Of a DNA stretch of 64,000 nucleotides, positions 42,005-53,700 are shown piece by piece. Under the pieces are notes generated by a model, which saw only the letters and a list, made by a program, of their open reading frames with translations, was not told the DNA's origin and made no database searches. The translations under genes were made by a program, and so were the position numbers. Origin of the DNA: a bacterium. GTDB lineage: Bacteria; Myxococcota_A; Bradymonadia; REDH01. How positions within the stretch are numbered: position 1 is the first letter of the stretch; the number at the start of each line of letters is the position of its first letter. The DNA is taken from contig JAUICO010000002.1 of assembly GCA_030427825.1 (NCBI GenBank), positions 25,634 through 89,633 on the forward strand. The letters run 5' to 3'.

Positions 42005-42826
42005 ATGCAATACAATGAAGAGGTGTCCCTTGCCATTGAACTCGCGCGTCAGGCCGGCGAGATCGCTATCGAGATCCATGATCGCGAATACGACGTCGCA
42101 CTGAAGTCGGGTGACCGCGGGCCGGTCACGGAAGCCGACCGGCGAATCAACGAATTCCTCGTTCAGCGGGTGTCTCAGGCCTTCCCCGACGACACGGTGC
42201 TCGGCGAAGAGACAAAGGCCGCCGTCGATCTGAACGCCGATCGCCTCTGGATTATCGATCCGATCGACGGAACCAAGGACTTTCTCAAGAAGAATGGGGA
42301 GTGGTCGATCATGATCGGCTTTACGGTCGGTGGATCCGCGAAAGTGGGCGTCGTATATCAACCTTCGGTTGGCAAGCTCTACAGCGCTGTCGAAGGGCAG
42401 GGCGCGTGGGTCGAACGCGCGGGCGTCAGTCGGCGCCTGCACGTGAGCAGAGACGCTGACAGTCGGCACGCGACGATTGTCAATTCACGCTCACACCCGG
42501 ACGATCGCATCGATCGCATTCAACAGCGGCTGGGTGTCCGCGTGGGCTACCGCCACGGTTCGGTGGGTTGCAAACTCGCGCACATCGCCGAGGCACGCGC
42601 TGACATGTACTTTAATCTCTCAGGCCGGTGCGGCATGTGGGACACCTGTGGCCCCGAGGTGATCATCCGGGAAGCCGGCGGCGATCTGACTGATCTCGAC
42701 GGTCATCCACTGCACTATGGCGGCGAATCAACCCTCGTAGACGTACCCTTCGTAGCGACGACCGACGCCCTGAAGCCTGCGGTGCTCGCCGCATGGGCAG
42801 AGCTCCGCGAAGAGCTGTCGGAGTAG
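42005..42826 (+). CDS. cysQ: 3'(2'),5'-bisphosphate nucleotidase CysQ / inositol monophosphatase family
   Basis: PVTEAD, GEE, WIIDPIDGTKDF, SRSH, GSVGCK and WDTC motifs. Confidence 0.85.
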   Translation: MQYNEEVSLAIELARQAGEIAIEIHDREYDVALKSGDRGPVTEADRRINEFLVQRVSQAFPDDTVLGEETKAAVDLNADRLWIIDPIDGTKDFLKKNGEWSIMIGFTVGGSAKVGVVYQPSVGKLYSAVEGQGAWVERAGVSRRLHVSRDADSRHATIVNSRSHPDDRIDRIQQRLGVRVGYRHGSVGCKLAHIAEARADMYFNLSGRCGMWDTCGPEVIIREAGGDLTDLDGHPLHYGGESTLVDVPFVATTDALKPAVLAAWAELREELSE

Positions 42827-42884
42827 GGCGCGACCTCACCCCCGTCCCCTCGCCATTCATGGAGAGGAAAAGAGGTGAGGCCGC

Positions 42885-44624
42885 CTACATGCGCGCGGGC
42901 AGAGGTACGCCCAGCAGACCGAGCGAGGTGGCCAGGGTGCGGCGCGTCGCGTTTGCCAGGGTGATGCGGGCTGCAGAAAGTGCCCTGTCCTCGGACACCA
43001 CCTTGTGTCCGCCGGAGTAGAAGCTGTTGAAGAGTTCGGCGATCTCGATCGCATAGCGCGAGACCTGCGCCGGCTCGTAGTCCCGGGCCGCGTGCCGGAG
43101 CAGCTCCGGAAACTTCTCGATGTGTGTAATCAGCGCCCTTGCAGCATCTTCGCCCAGGAGAGCGTAATCGACTGCGGCGGGATCCGGCAGCTCGCCGTGT
43201 GTTTCGATGTACTGGCGCTCAAGGCTCGCCAGCCGCGTGTGCGTGTATTGCAGGTAGGGGCCGGTCTGGCCGCTCTCGCCGGGACGAAGCCCTCGTAGCA
43301 TGAGGTCCCAATCGAAGTCGTAGTTCTTGATGCGGTTTCGACTGAGGTCGTAGAACAAAACGGCACCGACGGTGACCTGTTCGGTAATCAGCTCCCGCTC
43401 CTGGTCACTGAAAGGTTTGTCGGCCATGATCTCAGCGACGCGCTCTTTGCCCTTGTTCAGGATGTCGTCGAGAAAGACGAGTGTCCCCTTTCGTGTGGAG
43501 ATCCCGTGGATGCGCCCGAATGGAATGTGGTGGCAGTCCTCAGCCCAGCTGTAGTTCATACGCCGCAACACCTCGAAGACCTGCCTGAAATGCACGGTCT
43601 GTTCGGCGCCGACGATGTACAGAAACTGTTTGAATTGCAGCTGTTCGTATCGATAGCGGGCGGCAGCAAGATCTCGCGTTGCATAGAGCGTCGCGCCGTC
43701 CGCCTTCACGATCAAACACGGCGGCATGTCGAGCTCTGACATGTCGACGACGACTGCCCCGTCGCTCACTTCTGTCAGACCGGCCCTGTCCAGATCTTCA
43801 ACCAGGGGAGCGAGCATGTCGTTGTAGTAGGCTTCGCCCCAGTAGTGCTCGAACGAAACACCGAGTCGCTCGTAGATTCGTTCGAACTCGCGCAGGCTGA
43901 GATCGCGAAAACGCTGCCAATATGCCGTCGCCTGCTCGTCACCGTCTTCGAGTCGTTTGAACCAGGCGCGGCCCTCGTCGAGCAGAGTCTCGTCTTCCTC
44001 GGCCGCTTTGTGAAAGCGGACGTAGAGATCGTAAAGGTGTGTGATCGGGTCTTTGACCAGCGCTTCTTCGTTCCCCCAGCTCTCATAAGCAAACATCAGC
44101 TTGCCGAATTGTGTGCCCCAGTCGCCCAGGTGGTTGATTCCCACGACCCGGTAGCCGAGCATGCGAAAGATGTTTCCGAGGGCGTTGCCTATGGATGTCG
44201 ATCGCAGGTGACCGATGCCGAACGGCTTGGCGATGTTGGGGCTTGAGAAGTCGATCCCGATCGTCTGTCCTTCGCCCTCACTGCCGCGACCGTATCCTTC
44301 GTCGGTCGCTGCGCGCAGAACGCCGGCAGCATGATACGCCGAGTCGACCGTGAAGTTCAGATAGGGGCCTGCAGCGTTGACGCCGCCGAGGGCCGGCGCG
44401 TCGGATACGGCGCCCGCGATCGCGTCGCAAAGGGTCGTGGCGATCGCCGCCGGCGAGGTGCGTAGCTGTTTTGAGAGCACGAAGCAGGGAAACGCGATGT
44501 CCCCCATCTCGCGACGCGGCGGCTCGGTGAGCAGGTCCCGGGCTTCATCTGTGCTCAGGGTAGCCCCCGCATCTTCGGCGGCCTGTGACAGGAGGGTAGC
44601 GAGCAGCGATCGAGTGTCGGTCAT
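42885..44624 (-). CDS. argS: Arginine--tRNA ligase
   Basis: FSSPNIAKPFGIGHLRS, NHLGDWGTQFG, DGATLYATRDLA, STRKG, GPYLQY and C-terminal RM. Confidence 0.97.
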   Translation of the reverse strand: MTDTRSLLATLLSQAAEDAGATLSTDEARDLLTEPPRREMGDIAFPCFVLSKQLRTSPAAIATTLCDAIAGAVSDAPALGGVNAAGPYLNFTVDSAYHAAGVLRAATDEGYGRGSEGEGQTIGIDFSSPNIAKPFGIGHLRSTSIGNALGNIFRMLGYRVVGINHLGDWGTQFGKLMFAYESWGNEEALVKDPITHLYDLYVRFHKAAEEDETLLDEGRAWFKRLEDGDEQATAYWQRFRDLSLREFERIYERLGVSFEHYWGEAYYNDMLAPLVEDLDRAGLTEVSDGAVVVDMSELDMPPCLIVKADGATLYATRDLAAARYRYEQLQFKQFLYIVGAEQTVHFRQVFEVLRRMNYSWAEDCHHIPFGRIHGISTRKGTLVFLDDILNKGKERVAEIMADKPFSDQERELITEQVTVGAVLFYDLSRNRIKNYDFDWDLMLRGLRPGESGQTGPYLQYTHTRLASLERQYIETHGELPDPAAVDYALLGEDAARALITHIEKFPELLRHAARDYEPAQVSRYAIEIAELFNSFYSGGHKVVSEDRALSAARITLANATRRTLATSLGLLGVPLPARM

Positions 44625-44849
44625 GGTTCGTTCGTGTGCACAAATGGGCCGCGATATTGCGACAGTGTTCGCGGGTGTGCGGCCTAGACCAGTCGCCGTG
44701 AGCCCGCAACGCGTGGAGCGATGATGGTTGGGAGCGGGCGACACATTTCGGCGGACGCGGTGCCGAATTGCGGACGTCGCAGGTGTACAACCGGGTGCAC
44801 CGAGGGTACAGGGACGGCGCGCCCGGCGCGGCGTACACCGAAGATGGTC

Positions 44850-45314
44850 ATGAAGCTCAGCGTTCTGCTCGCAGTCCTGTCGTTACTGACGTCAGCGTGC
44901 ATCGGAGGCACAGATTTCTCCGGCGCGTACGTCGAAACTATCCCGGAAGATGGTCTCGACGACGGTCGCCTGCGCGCGCTCCGGGTCATCGTCCATGAGT
45001 ACAACAGCGCTGTGGGCGGCTACGTCGAATTCTACGAGATTGGCGACATCAACGACCGCTTCGCCCCCTGGTCCCAGGTCCACGCCTGCGCGTACTACGG
45101 CGATCTTCGGCAGGTTGGCGACGCGGTCCCCGCTGTCATCGTGCACCCTGAGCTCGGCGAGCTGCGCATGCAGATTTCGCGCAGGAATCGGCGCCGCATG
45201 AGCGCCGTCGTTAGCGCGGGCGGCGAAATTCTCGGCGTTGAAGACGGCAGCGAGCTTGAGTTCGAAGGCGACGATCTGCCTGAGGGCCGCGTCTGTCCTG
45301 AGGTGACTCCGTGA
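44850..45314 (+). CDS. Hypothetical lipoprotein
   Basis: MKLSVLLAVLSLLTSAC lipobox. GTGA overlap with the next gene. Confidence 0.7.
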   Translation: MKLSVLLAVLSLLTSACIGGTDFSGAYVETIPEDGLDDGRLRALRVIVHEYNSAVGGYVEFYEIGDINDRFAPWSQVHACAYYGDLRQVGDAVPAVIVHPELGELRMQISRRNRRRMSAVVSAGGEILGVEDGSELEFEGDDLPEGRVCPEVTP

Positions 45315-46813
45315 GCCGCCCCCGAGGATCGAGACTACGTAGGGTCGCGACGCTGGCATTCGGGGCGCTCTGCCTCGTGCTTTTGACCCCCACGGGGCCG
45401 CACGCGCAAGTGCCTGATGAGCAGCTGCTGCAGCCGCCCTTTGTGCCGCGTACGGTGTTGGTGATGGATCCCGTCCGCGGATGGGACCTGACCGGCGGCG
45501 ACGCCGCGGCTATCGACACCGCAGAGATGGTACGTTCGATCCGCATGACCATCGCAGCGGACCCGCGCTACGAGCTTCTCGACGCGCCGATACCCCGTAG
45601 CGACACTCGTGCTGCCGCAGAGCAACGCACCGCCCTGGCTCAACAACGCATCGGCCTCGGTATGGACCTCTACCGCGCAGACCGCGCAGCAGAGGCGGCG
45701 GCGTCCCTCGAATCCGCCACCCGCGGCTTCAGCGAAGGGACGCTGCGTTGGACGGACGCCGGGCTCGTCGCCGAAGCGTGGCGCACCCTGGCCTTCGCGC
45801 ACCTGGAGCTATCGGCTGCGGGCGCCGAATCAGCGGTCAGGTCAGAGACGCGGGCTGCGATCGCCTTCCGCGAGATGATTCGACACCTGACGCCGGATCT
45901 CGTCGACCCCGCAGTGTGGCCTCCCGCGGTAGCCGACATCTACGAGCAGCAGCTGCTGACCCACGCTGCGTCACGGGGCCATGACCTGCGAGTTCGGGTC
46001 AGCGAGGCGCGAGCCGCCGCCGAGCTCTTCGATGCGGACGAGCTGCTGTTTGTGACGGTGGTTCAAGACGAGGGGGGCAGTACTGCTGCGTTGCAGTTCT
46101 TCGATACGGAGTCGGGCAGCTTTCACGCCATTGAGGTCGTTGAGTCGCCGGATGTCGGCGTCGACCTTGCTTCGCTGGCAGGCGCAGCGATCTCGCGGGT
46201 CGCAGCATGTCAGCGTCTCGCGCCCCCGGCTCCTGTGGACGAGGATCTCGAAGCCGGCAGCGTGTATCTCGCGGCCGGCTACACCGTCCGCGCGTTCCTG
46301 GACCGTCCGACCCGTCGCAGCTTCGCCAATCACGGCGTAGGCCTGCTGGGTGAGGTCATGGTGACAGGCTCCGTGGGTGTCTACGCAGGCGCCAACCTGC
46401 ACTTCAGCCGGCCGGACCGGCTCCATGACCTCCTGAACCGGGTGAACACCTTCTCGGGATCCCTGGGCGGCGTATTCGCGTGGCGCGGACACAGCGGGCG
46501 GGTGTTTCTTCGCGCGGGCGCCGAGATGTCGCGAGTTGGGGACCTGCGCGCCACCACGGAATACTGGTGCAAAGTCAGCCGCGGCGAAGCGCAGCAGTTC
46601 GACTCGATGCGCGCCTGTACGCCGTCGGACCTGACGATCGAAGACGCCTCGCCCCACTTCGGCCTCGCCGTCGCCGTCGGCGGCTCGGTCCGCATTTTCG
46701 GGCCGGTCTGGTTCTATGCGCAGGCAGAGGTGTCCCTCTTTGTCACGCCCCTCGACAGCGTCCCGCTGGCCTTTCCGGCCGGTGGTGGCGCAGGCGTCTC
46801 CTACCGCTTCTAG
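45311..46813 (+). CDS. Hypothetical exported protein with helical (TPR-like) N-region and C-terminal outer-membrane beta-barrel-like region
   Basis: Signal peptide (PHA-Q), alternating Gly/aromatic strands and C-terminal GVSYRF. Confidence 0.7.
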   Translation: MSRPRGSRLRRVATLAFGALCLVLLTPTGPHAQVPDEQLLQPPFVPRTVLVMDPVRGWDLTGGDAAAIDTAEMVRSIRMTIAADPRYELLDAPIPRSDTRAAAEQRTALAQQRIGLGMDLYRADRAAEAAASLESATRGFSEGTLRWTDAGLVAEAWRTLAFAHLELSAAGAESAVRSETRAAIAFREMIRHLTPDLVDPAVWPPAVADIYEQQLLTHAASRGHDLRVRVSEARAAAELFDADELLFVTVVQDEGGSTAALQFFDTESGSFHAIEVVESPDVGVDLASLAGAAISRVAACQRLAPPAPVDEDLEAGSVYLAAGYTVRAFLDRPTRRSFANHGVGLLGEVMVTGSVGVYAGANLHFSRPDRLHDLLNRVNTFSGSLGGVFAWRGHSGRVFLRAGAEMSRVGDLRATTEYWCKVSRGEAQQFDSMRACTPSDLTIEDASPHFGLAVAVGGSVRIFGPVWFYAQAEVSLFVTPLDSVPLAFPAGGGAGVSYRF

Positions 46814-46862
46814 ACCGTCGGGCTTGCCCGCCGTCGACGGCTGCGACAAGGCTATGCTGACT

Positions 46863-48221
46863 ATGTCGGACATCACCCGTACAGTTGTTCTCAGAGGCGG
46901 CGCGGAGTCATTGCTCCTGCGGCGCTTCTCACTGACGCCCGCGGGCGGCCGCAGAGCCTCCTTTGACACACGGCGCGTGACCATCGGGTCGAGCCCGGAC
47001 AACGACCTCTCGATCGATGATCCCGGCGTCAGCAGGCACCACTGCCGAATCGAAGTGAGCGCAGACGGCTATCGACTCGTGGACCTGCAGTCGAAGAACG
47101 GGACCTGGATCTCGTCGGTGCGCATTCACGACGCTGTGCTCGCCGATGGCGCTACCTTCAGCGTCGGTGACGCCAGGGTCCGCTTTGACATCGGCGATGA
47201 AGAAGTTGAAATCGGCTTCTCCGGTGACAATCGCTTCGGCTCTCTGCTCGGCCGATCTCTCGTCATGCGCGAATTCTTCGCTCTGCTCGAGAAGGTGGCG
47301 AGCACCGACGCGACGATTCTTATCGAAGGCGAGTCGGGCACCGGCAAGGAAGTCGCCGCCCAGGCCGTTCACGACGCGAGTCGGCGACGCAGCGGCCCCT
47401 TCATCGTCTTCGACTGTTCCGCCGTCTCGGGAGACCTGATCGAGTCCGAGCTCTTCGGCCACGTAAAGGGCGCCTTTACCGGGGCGCATGCGGACCGGGC
47501 GGGCGCCTTCGAAGAGGCAGCCGGCGGCACAATCTTTATCGACGAGCTGGGCGAGCTGGCCACTGAACTGCAGCCGAAGCTGCTTCGCGTGCTCGAAAAG
47601 CGAGAGGTTCGCCGCGTGGGCAGTAACGTGGCCATCCCGGTCGACGTGCGCGTGATTGCCGCGACAAACCGGCGCCTTCGCGAAGAGATGCAGCGCGGCG
47701 ACTTTCGCGAAGACCTGTACTATCGCTTTGCGGTGGTGAAGGCGCGGATTCCGCCGCTGCGCGAGCGTACCGAAGACATCCCGATGCTTGTCGACAACTT
47801 CCTCGCCGAGGTCGCCACGCAGCACGGCTTGAACGACCTGAATGTATCGTACCAGACGATGCAGAAGCTCATCGCGCACCCCTGGCCCGGCAACGTCCGC
47901 GAGCTGCGCAACTTTGTGGAGCGGGCCGCGGTGCTGTCTCAGGACGGCGATGTCGCGACGAACTTTCTGCGCACCGATGCGCCCGCCGCGCCGAAGGCGG
48001 ACGCGGCCGAGGAAGCCGTCTCCTGGATGGAAGCCGCCGGTGTAGACACCGAGACGCCTTTCAAGGAGGCCAAGCATCGCCTGGTTGAAGCCTTTGAAAG
48101 AGCGTATTGGGAGAAGCTGCTCCATAACGCAGACGGCAATGTGTCGCGGGCCGCACGAAAGGCAGGTGTCCATCGCAAGAGTGTGGAGTACATTCTGCGC
48201 AAGCTCGATTTGAAGCGCTGA
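46863..48221 (+). CDS. FHA-domain sigma54-dependent transcriptional activator
   Basis: FHA (IGS...VSRHH...DLQSKNGT), [31 protein letters not shown] and a C-terminal Fis-like HTH. Confidence 0.93.
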   Translation: MSDITRTVVLRGGAESLLLRRFSLTPAGGRRASFDTRRVTIGSSPDNDLSIDDPGVSRHHCRIEVSADGYRLVDLQSKNGTWISSVRIHDAVLADGATFSVGDARVRFDIGDEEVEIGFSGDNRFGSLLGRSLVMREFFALLEKVASTDATILIEGESGTGKEVAAQAVHDASRRRSGPFIVFDCSAVSGDLIESELFGHVKGAFTGAHADRAGAFEEAAGGTIFIDELGELATELQPKLLRVLEKREVRRVGSNVAIPVDVRVIAATNRRLREEMQRGDFREDLYYRFAVVKARIPPLRERTEDIPMLVDNFLAEVATQHGLNDLNVSYQTMQKLIAHPWPGNVRELRNFVERAAVLSQDGDVATNFLRTDAPAAPKADAAEEAVSWMEAAGVDTETPFKEAKHRLVEAFERAYWEKLLHNADGNVSRAARKAGVHRKSVEYILRKLDLKR

Positions 48222-48234
48222 ACAGGGAATCCAG

Positions 48235-49155
48235 ATGCCGGTACATCAGTCCATCACCCACACCGTCGGAAACACGCCGCTGGTCGAACTGCAGCGGGTA
48301 ACCGGCAACGCCGGCGCGAGAGTTCTGGTCAAAGTCGAGTTCTTCAATCCCCTCGCGAGCATCAAGGACCGTATCGGCCTCGCAATGATCGAGGCCGCAG
48401 AGGCAGAGGGTCGTCTTGGCGAAGGCTCGCTGCTCATCGAACCGACCTCTGGGAACACCGGGATTGCGCTGGCCTTCGTGGCGGCCGCGAAGGGATACCG
48501 GCTGATACTCACAATGCCCGACGCCATGAGCATCGAGCGTCGAAAGCTGCTCAAGCATATGGGCGCTGAGGTAGAGCTGACGCCCTGGTCTCTGGGTATG
48601 ATGGGCGCCGTTGATCGCGCGCGAGCCATCGCCAGGGAGCGCACGGATGCCGTGATCCTTCAGCAGTTCGAGAACCCGGCGAACCCGGCCGCACACGAGC
48701 GAACCACCGGGCCGGAGATCTGGACGGATACCGAGGGCAGGGTGGATATCTTCGTCGCCGGAGTCGGAACCGGCGGCACCATCAGCGGTGTCTCACGCTA
48801 CCTGAAGACCAAGAACCCGAACCTTCGCTCCTACGCAGTAGAGCCGGAGACTTCGGCGGTGCTGTCCGGCCGTCCACCCGGTCCCCATCCGATCGAGGGT
48901 ATCGGCGCCGGCTTCATTCCGCGAAACCTGGACATGAGCCTCGTCGATGAGGTCATCACAATGCGCGCCGAACGAGCCTTCGAGATGTCGAGACGCCTGG
49001 CTGTTGAAGAAGGCATCCTCGCAGGCATCTCCAGCGGAGCAAATGTAACCGCAGCGATCGAGCTGGCGAATCGCCCTGAGAATGCCGGCAGGACGATCGT
49101 CACCGTCGTATGCTCCTGCGGCGAACGTTACCTCTCTACGTCGCTCTTCGGGTGA
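48235..49155 (+). CDS. cysK: Cysteine synthase A
   Basis: GNTPLV, SIKDR (PLP Lys), EPTSGNTG, QQFENPAN, GVGTGGT and GERYLST motifs. Confidence 0.96.
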   Translation: MPVHQSITHTVGNTPLVELQRVTGNAGARVLVKVEFFNPLASIKDRIGLAMIEAAEAEGRLGEGSLLIEPTSGNTGIALAFVAAAKGYRLILTMPDAMSIERRKLLKHMGAEVELTPWSLGMMGAVDRARAIARERTDAVILQQFENPANPAAHERTTGPEIWTDTEGRVDIFVAGVGTGGTISGVSRYLKTKNPNLRSYAVEPETSAVLSGRPPGPHPIEGIGAGFIPRNLDMSLVDEVITMRAERAFEMSRRLAVEEGILAGISSGANVTAAIELANRPENAGRTIVTVVCSCGERYLSTSLFG

Positions 49156-49381
49156 GCGCGTCTCAGGCGGTGATTTTGACCGCAACACGCAAATCCGCGA
49201 CCCTTGGGCCTATGTCGATCGATCTGTTCAGCACCGACTTCTTCAGCGTCAGAGTGTCTGCGTGAAGCCGAATGGAAAATGGAGCCTGCGTACCGCCCTG
49301 AACGGCCTTTTTGGCACGACAGAACGGCGAGGCAGCGAGAGCCGTGTTCGGGTCACACCGCCCGCCATGCATCCTCGGGGC

Positions 49382-50092
49382 ATGAGCGGGATCGTCGAGC
49401 TCGTCCGTGAGGATGTGCGCGCGGTGATGCAGCATGATCCTGCGGCAAGAAATGCGGTCGAAGTGCTGCTTTTCTACCCCGGCTTTCACGCCGTCTGGGG
49501 CCACCGCGTCGCCCACACCATGTGGCGAATGGGGCTCACGACCTCGGCCCGAGCCGTCTCACACGCGAACCGCTTCGTCACCGGAATCGAAATCCACCCC
49601 GGCGCTACCATCGGCCGCAGAGTATTCATTGACCACGGTATGGGCATCGTAATCGGCGAGACTGCGACCGTCGGCGACGACTGTCTGCTGTACAAGGGCG
49701 TCGTGCTGGGCGGAACTTCGCTGGAGCGTCGCGAACGCCATCCCACGCTCGGCTCCGGCGTCGTCGTCGGTACGAACGCATGCGTGCTCGGTGCCATCTA
49801 CCTTGGCGACGGAGCCCGCATCGGCTCCGGCTCCGTCGTGATCCGCGACGTTCCAGAGGGCGCTACCGTCGTCGGTATCCCCGGTCGCGTCGTCGAGATG
49901 GGCGGCATGCGCACCATCGAGCAGCTCGACCACGCCGCCCTCCCGGATCCCGTGGCCAACGCGATATCGTCGCTGCTTGGCGAGATTGAAGACCTGCGCC
50001 GCGAGGTGGCAGCCATTCGCGGCGACGAGCCGCCGCCCAGACGCGCCGGCCGCGACTTCGAACACGAGAGCTTTGACGGTGAGGAGGAGTGA
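49382..50092 (+). CDS. cysE: Serine O-acetyltransferase
   Basis: DPAAR, TGIEIHPGATIG, FIDHGMG, LGGT and hexapeptide repeats. Confidence 0.96.
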   Translation: MSGIVELVREDVRAVMQHDPAARNAVEVLLFYPGFHAVWGHRVAHTMWRMGLTTSARAVSHANRFVTGIEIHPGATIGRRVFIDHGMGIVIGETATVGDDCLLYKGVVLGGTSLERRERHPTLGSGVVVGTNACVLGAIYLGDGARIGSGSVVIRDVPEGATVVGIPGRVVEMGGMRTIEQLDHAALPDPVANAISSLLGEIEDLRREVAAIRGDEPPPRRAGRDFEHESFDGEEE

Positions 50093-50586
50093 GCGGGCTG
50101 CGCGATGATATCACGCACGCTCTCGCTCCCTTCGGAGAGCCCGAGCTCCGACTTCTCGGCGCCTGGCGATCGACTACACGGCTGCCGGGCCTTCGGGAGC
50201 TTCCGATGGTGCACGCAGTCGTCGCGTATCCCGCGCTACGCCTCGCCACGCTGCGTCATTGGCGCGACACCTTCGAGACGACTCTGACCGTCGGCGATGC
50301 GCCGGTACACCTGGTTGCCCACGAGGCCTCAAAGTGGGCGCGGCTGCTGCTCAAGGGCCACGGCGGAAGCCTCCTCATCGCAGGCCTGGAGCCCGTCTTC
50401 GATTCTTCACGGCTGCTGTCGAAGCTCGGCGAGATCGCCGGGTCGTGTGCGAATGCCGACACACGCGAGTGGTGTGAAGCGGCCAATGGACCCGCGCCTG
50501 CCGCGAACACGGTGAGCGCGCAGGCGCGCTTTGACGCGTTGGAGTCCTGGCTGACCGAAGCGCGATGCTTCGCGATCGGCGCCTGA
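50089..50586 (+). CDS. Hypothetical protein, possibly a degenerate RlaP/YcgL-like nucleotidyltransferase
   Basis: LVAHEASKWARLLLKG resembles the family's THE..KF..LL..N segment, but no DSD catalytic motif is present. GTGA overlap with cysE. Confidence 0.5.
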   Translation: MSGLRDDITHALAPFGEPELRLLGAWRSTTRLPGLRELPMVHAVVAYPALRLATLRHWRDTFETTLTVGDAPVHLVAHEASKWARLLLKGHGGSLLIAGLEPVFDSSRLLSKLGEIAGSCANADTREWCEAANGPAPAANTVSAQARFDALESWLTEARCFAIGA

Positions 50587-50708
50587 GAGAAGGGCAGCGG
50601 AGGCTCGCATTCCGGCGCAGCGCGTGCGCCGCATGCTTTCCTCTGCCGCCGTCCATGCTACAGTGGGCCGATACGGGGATTACTGAGTTCGTTACGTACA
50701 GGGGCACC

Positions 50709-53700
50709 ATGACCACCAGATTCGGAAGCTACGGCACCGCTGCGGCCTTTCTCTTTGTCTTTGCTATCGCCGGCGTACTCGGCGCGTGTGATGGCTGTAG
50801 TTCGGACCCCGGTGTCGGTGAGACCTGCGAGATCGATGATGACTGCGCCGACGGCGCTATCTGCGACGACGGGCTTTGTGTGACCGATATCGTGGACGAC
50901 GTCGGGCTCGACACGCCGGACGGCGACGCGGACACGGACCTGGATGCCCCTGAAGAAGTCGACAGCAGCGAAACCGACGGCGAAGACACCGATACCGGTG
51001 AGACCGATGACGGCGGTGACGCCGGCTGCGACGGACAATATCAGTGTGAATGCACGACGGACGACGACTGCGACTCCAGCCTCTGTGTACGCACCGAGCT
51101 GGGCAACCTCTGCTCGCGCCTTTGCTTCGACGACGAAGACTGTGCGGACGACGCATGGGAGTGCCGCCTCCTACGCACCGGCTCCGGCGATGTCGCCGAG
51201 ATCTGCGTGCCGATCGCGGTGGGACTCTGCGCGGATTGTGAGACGGACGAAGACTGCACGGCGAACGGCTCCCTGTGCAATGCCCTCGCGGACGGAAACT
51301 TCTGCACCACCGACTGCACCGACTCCGACTGCCCTGAGGGCTACGGATGCGAAGAGATTACGCGGGTCGAAGACGGCACCCCGGTGAGCTACGATCAATG
51401 CGTGCCGCTTCTCGGTGTGTGCGGCGACTGCCTCGACGTGGACGGCGACGGTTACGGTACCGGTTCCGCCTGCCTGGGCGACGACTGCGACGACACCCTG
51501 ACCTCGGTGTACGTGGACGCGCCTGAGATCTGCGACAACATTGATAACGACTGCGATCTGGAGAACGACGAAGACTACACGGACGCCGACGGGCTCTACA
51601 ATTCGCAACAACACTGCGGTGGCTGCGGTCAGGTGTGCGCCGCTGACTTCGCGACGGTCGAGTGTCAGACTGCGGTCTGCACCCTGCTTGCATGCGACGA
51701 CGGGTACGCAGACTGCAACGATTCGCTGGACGACGGGTGCGAGACTCCGACAGCGAGTGATGAGGCGAACTGCGGTGGCTGCGGCGTCGTGTGCGATTTC
51801 GCGAACGCAAACGGTGTGTGCAACACCGGCGAATGTGCGCTCATCAGCTGTGAAACCGGTTGGGGCAACTGCGACGATAATCAGGCGAACGGCTGCGAAG
51901 AAGACGTCACGGACGACTTCTTCAACTGCGGCGTGTGTGGACAGACCTGCGACCTCGAGAACGCCGTCGCCCTCTGCGACAACTCCGCGTGCAGCCTGAT
52001 CGGCTGCGACTTCGGCTGGCAGGACTGCAACACCAACCTGGACGACGGCTGCGAGGCCTTCGTCGTCGAAGATGTGCTGAACTGCGGTACCTGCGGAAAC
52101 ATCTGCAGCGTAAACAACGCTGTAGCAGGCTGTGACGGCGGCGCGTGCGCCATCGCAGAGTGCCTGCCCGGCTTCGCGGACTGCAACACCAACAACCTGG
52201 ACGGCTGCGAGGTTGATCTCGGCGTCAGCCGCGACAACTGCGGGGCCTGCGGTGACCGCTGCGTCTTCGCGAACGGCGTCGGCGAGTGCGATGAGGGGAC
52301 CTGCGAGCTGGTCGCCTGCAACAACGGCTTCTCAGACTGCGACGGCAACAGCGCAAACGGCTGCGAGGTGGACCTGCGTACCGACAGCGCGAACTGCGGC
52401 GCCTGCACGAACATATGCGACGGCGACAACGCGTCGCTGACCTGCGTCGCCGGCGACTGCGAAATCGCCTCCTGCGATGCCGGCTTCGATGACTGCGACC
52501 TCAACGCAAACAACGGCTGCGAAGTGAACCTCGCGACCAACGTCAACAACTGCGGATCCTGCGGTCTTGTCTGCGCGGTTGGCGGCGGCGCCGCTGCCTG
52601 CGTGAACAATGTGTGCGGAATCAACAGCTGCGATACCGGGCTGGCGGACTGCGACGGTTTGCCCGGCAACGGCTGCGAGACCGATCTGACCACAAGCAAT
52701 CTTCACTGTGGCGCCTGCTTCCAGAACTGCACCTTCCCGAACGGCGTCGGTGACTGCGAATCCGGCGTGTGTGGTCTGGTCGGCTGCAACACGGGCTTCG
52801 CGGACTGCAACGGTGACCCGATCGACGGTTGCGAGATGGACCTTCGAACCAACTACAACAACTGCGGAACCTGCGGAAAGGTATGCGACCTCGCCGACGC
52901 GACCGGAAACTGCAACGCAGGAACATGCGAGGTGATCGGCTGCGATCTCGGCTTTGACGACTGCGATCAGGTCGACTCCAACGGCTGCGAAACCAATCTG
53001 CTCACCAGCACGCAGTCCTGCGGCGTCTGCGGTACCCAGTGTGAGGTCGCCAACGGTGACCCCGTCTGCAACGGCGGCGCCTGCGGTGTCGCGGGTTGCG
53101 ACCTGGGCTACGGAAACTGTGACGGAGGCTACGCCAACGGTTGCGAAGCCGAATTCGCAACCAACGAGCAGCACTGCGGCGGCTGCAACATCGCCTGCGA
53201 GTTTGAGAACGGCGTCGGAGCCTGTGTGGCCGGTGGCTGCCAGCTGGTCGGTTGTGATATCGGCTACGGAGATTGCAATGGCGAAGATTTCGACGGCTGC
53301 GAGGTGGACCTCAGAAGCAGCGTCGATCACTGCAACGCCTGTGGCAACGCGTGTTCAGACAACAACGCTACGCCCCAATGCGACGGGGGTGTGTGTGAGG
53401 TCTTCGATTGTGAAGACGGCTTCGAGGACTGTGACGCGAACCCGGCGAACGGCTGCGAGATCAACCTGAACACCAACGTGTCGAACTGCGGCGGTTGCGG
53501 CGACATCTGCAGCGTCGCCGGTGGCGACCCGGAATGTGTGCAGGGGAGCTGCGAAGTCAGTCTCTGCACCGGAGACCTGGCGAACTGTGACGGTGACCCC
53601 GCGAACGGTTGCGAGATCGACCTCAACGCTGACGAAAACAACTGCGGTGGCTGCGATAATGTGTGCTCCTACCCGAACGGAACGGGTGACTGCGCCGCCG

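Noticed and set aside
49311-49328. sigma54 promoter TTGGCACG upstream of cysE
   Set aside because: The -24 element matches, but there is no GC at -12 with GG-N10-GC spacing
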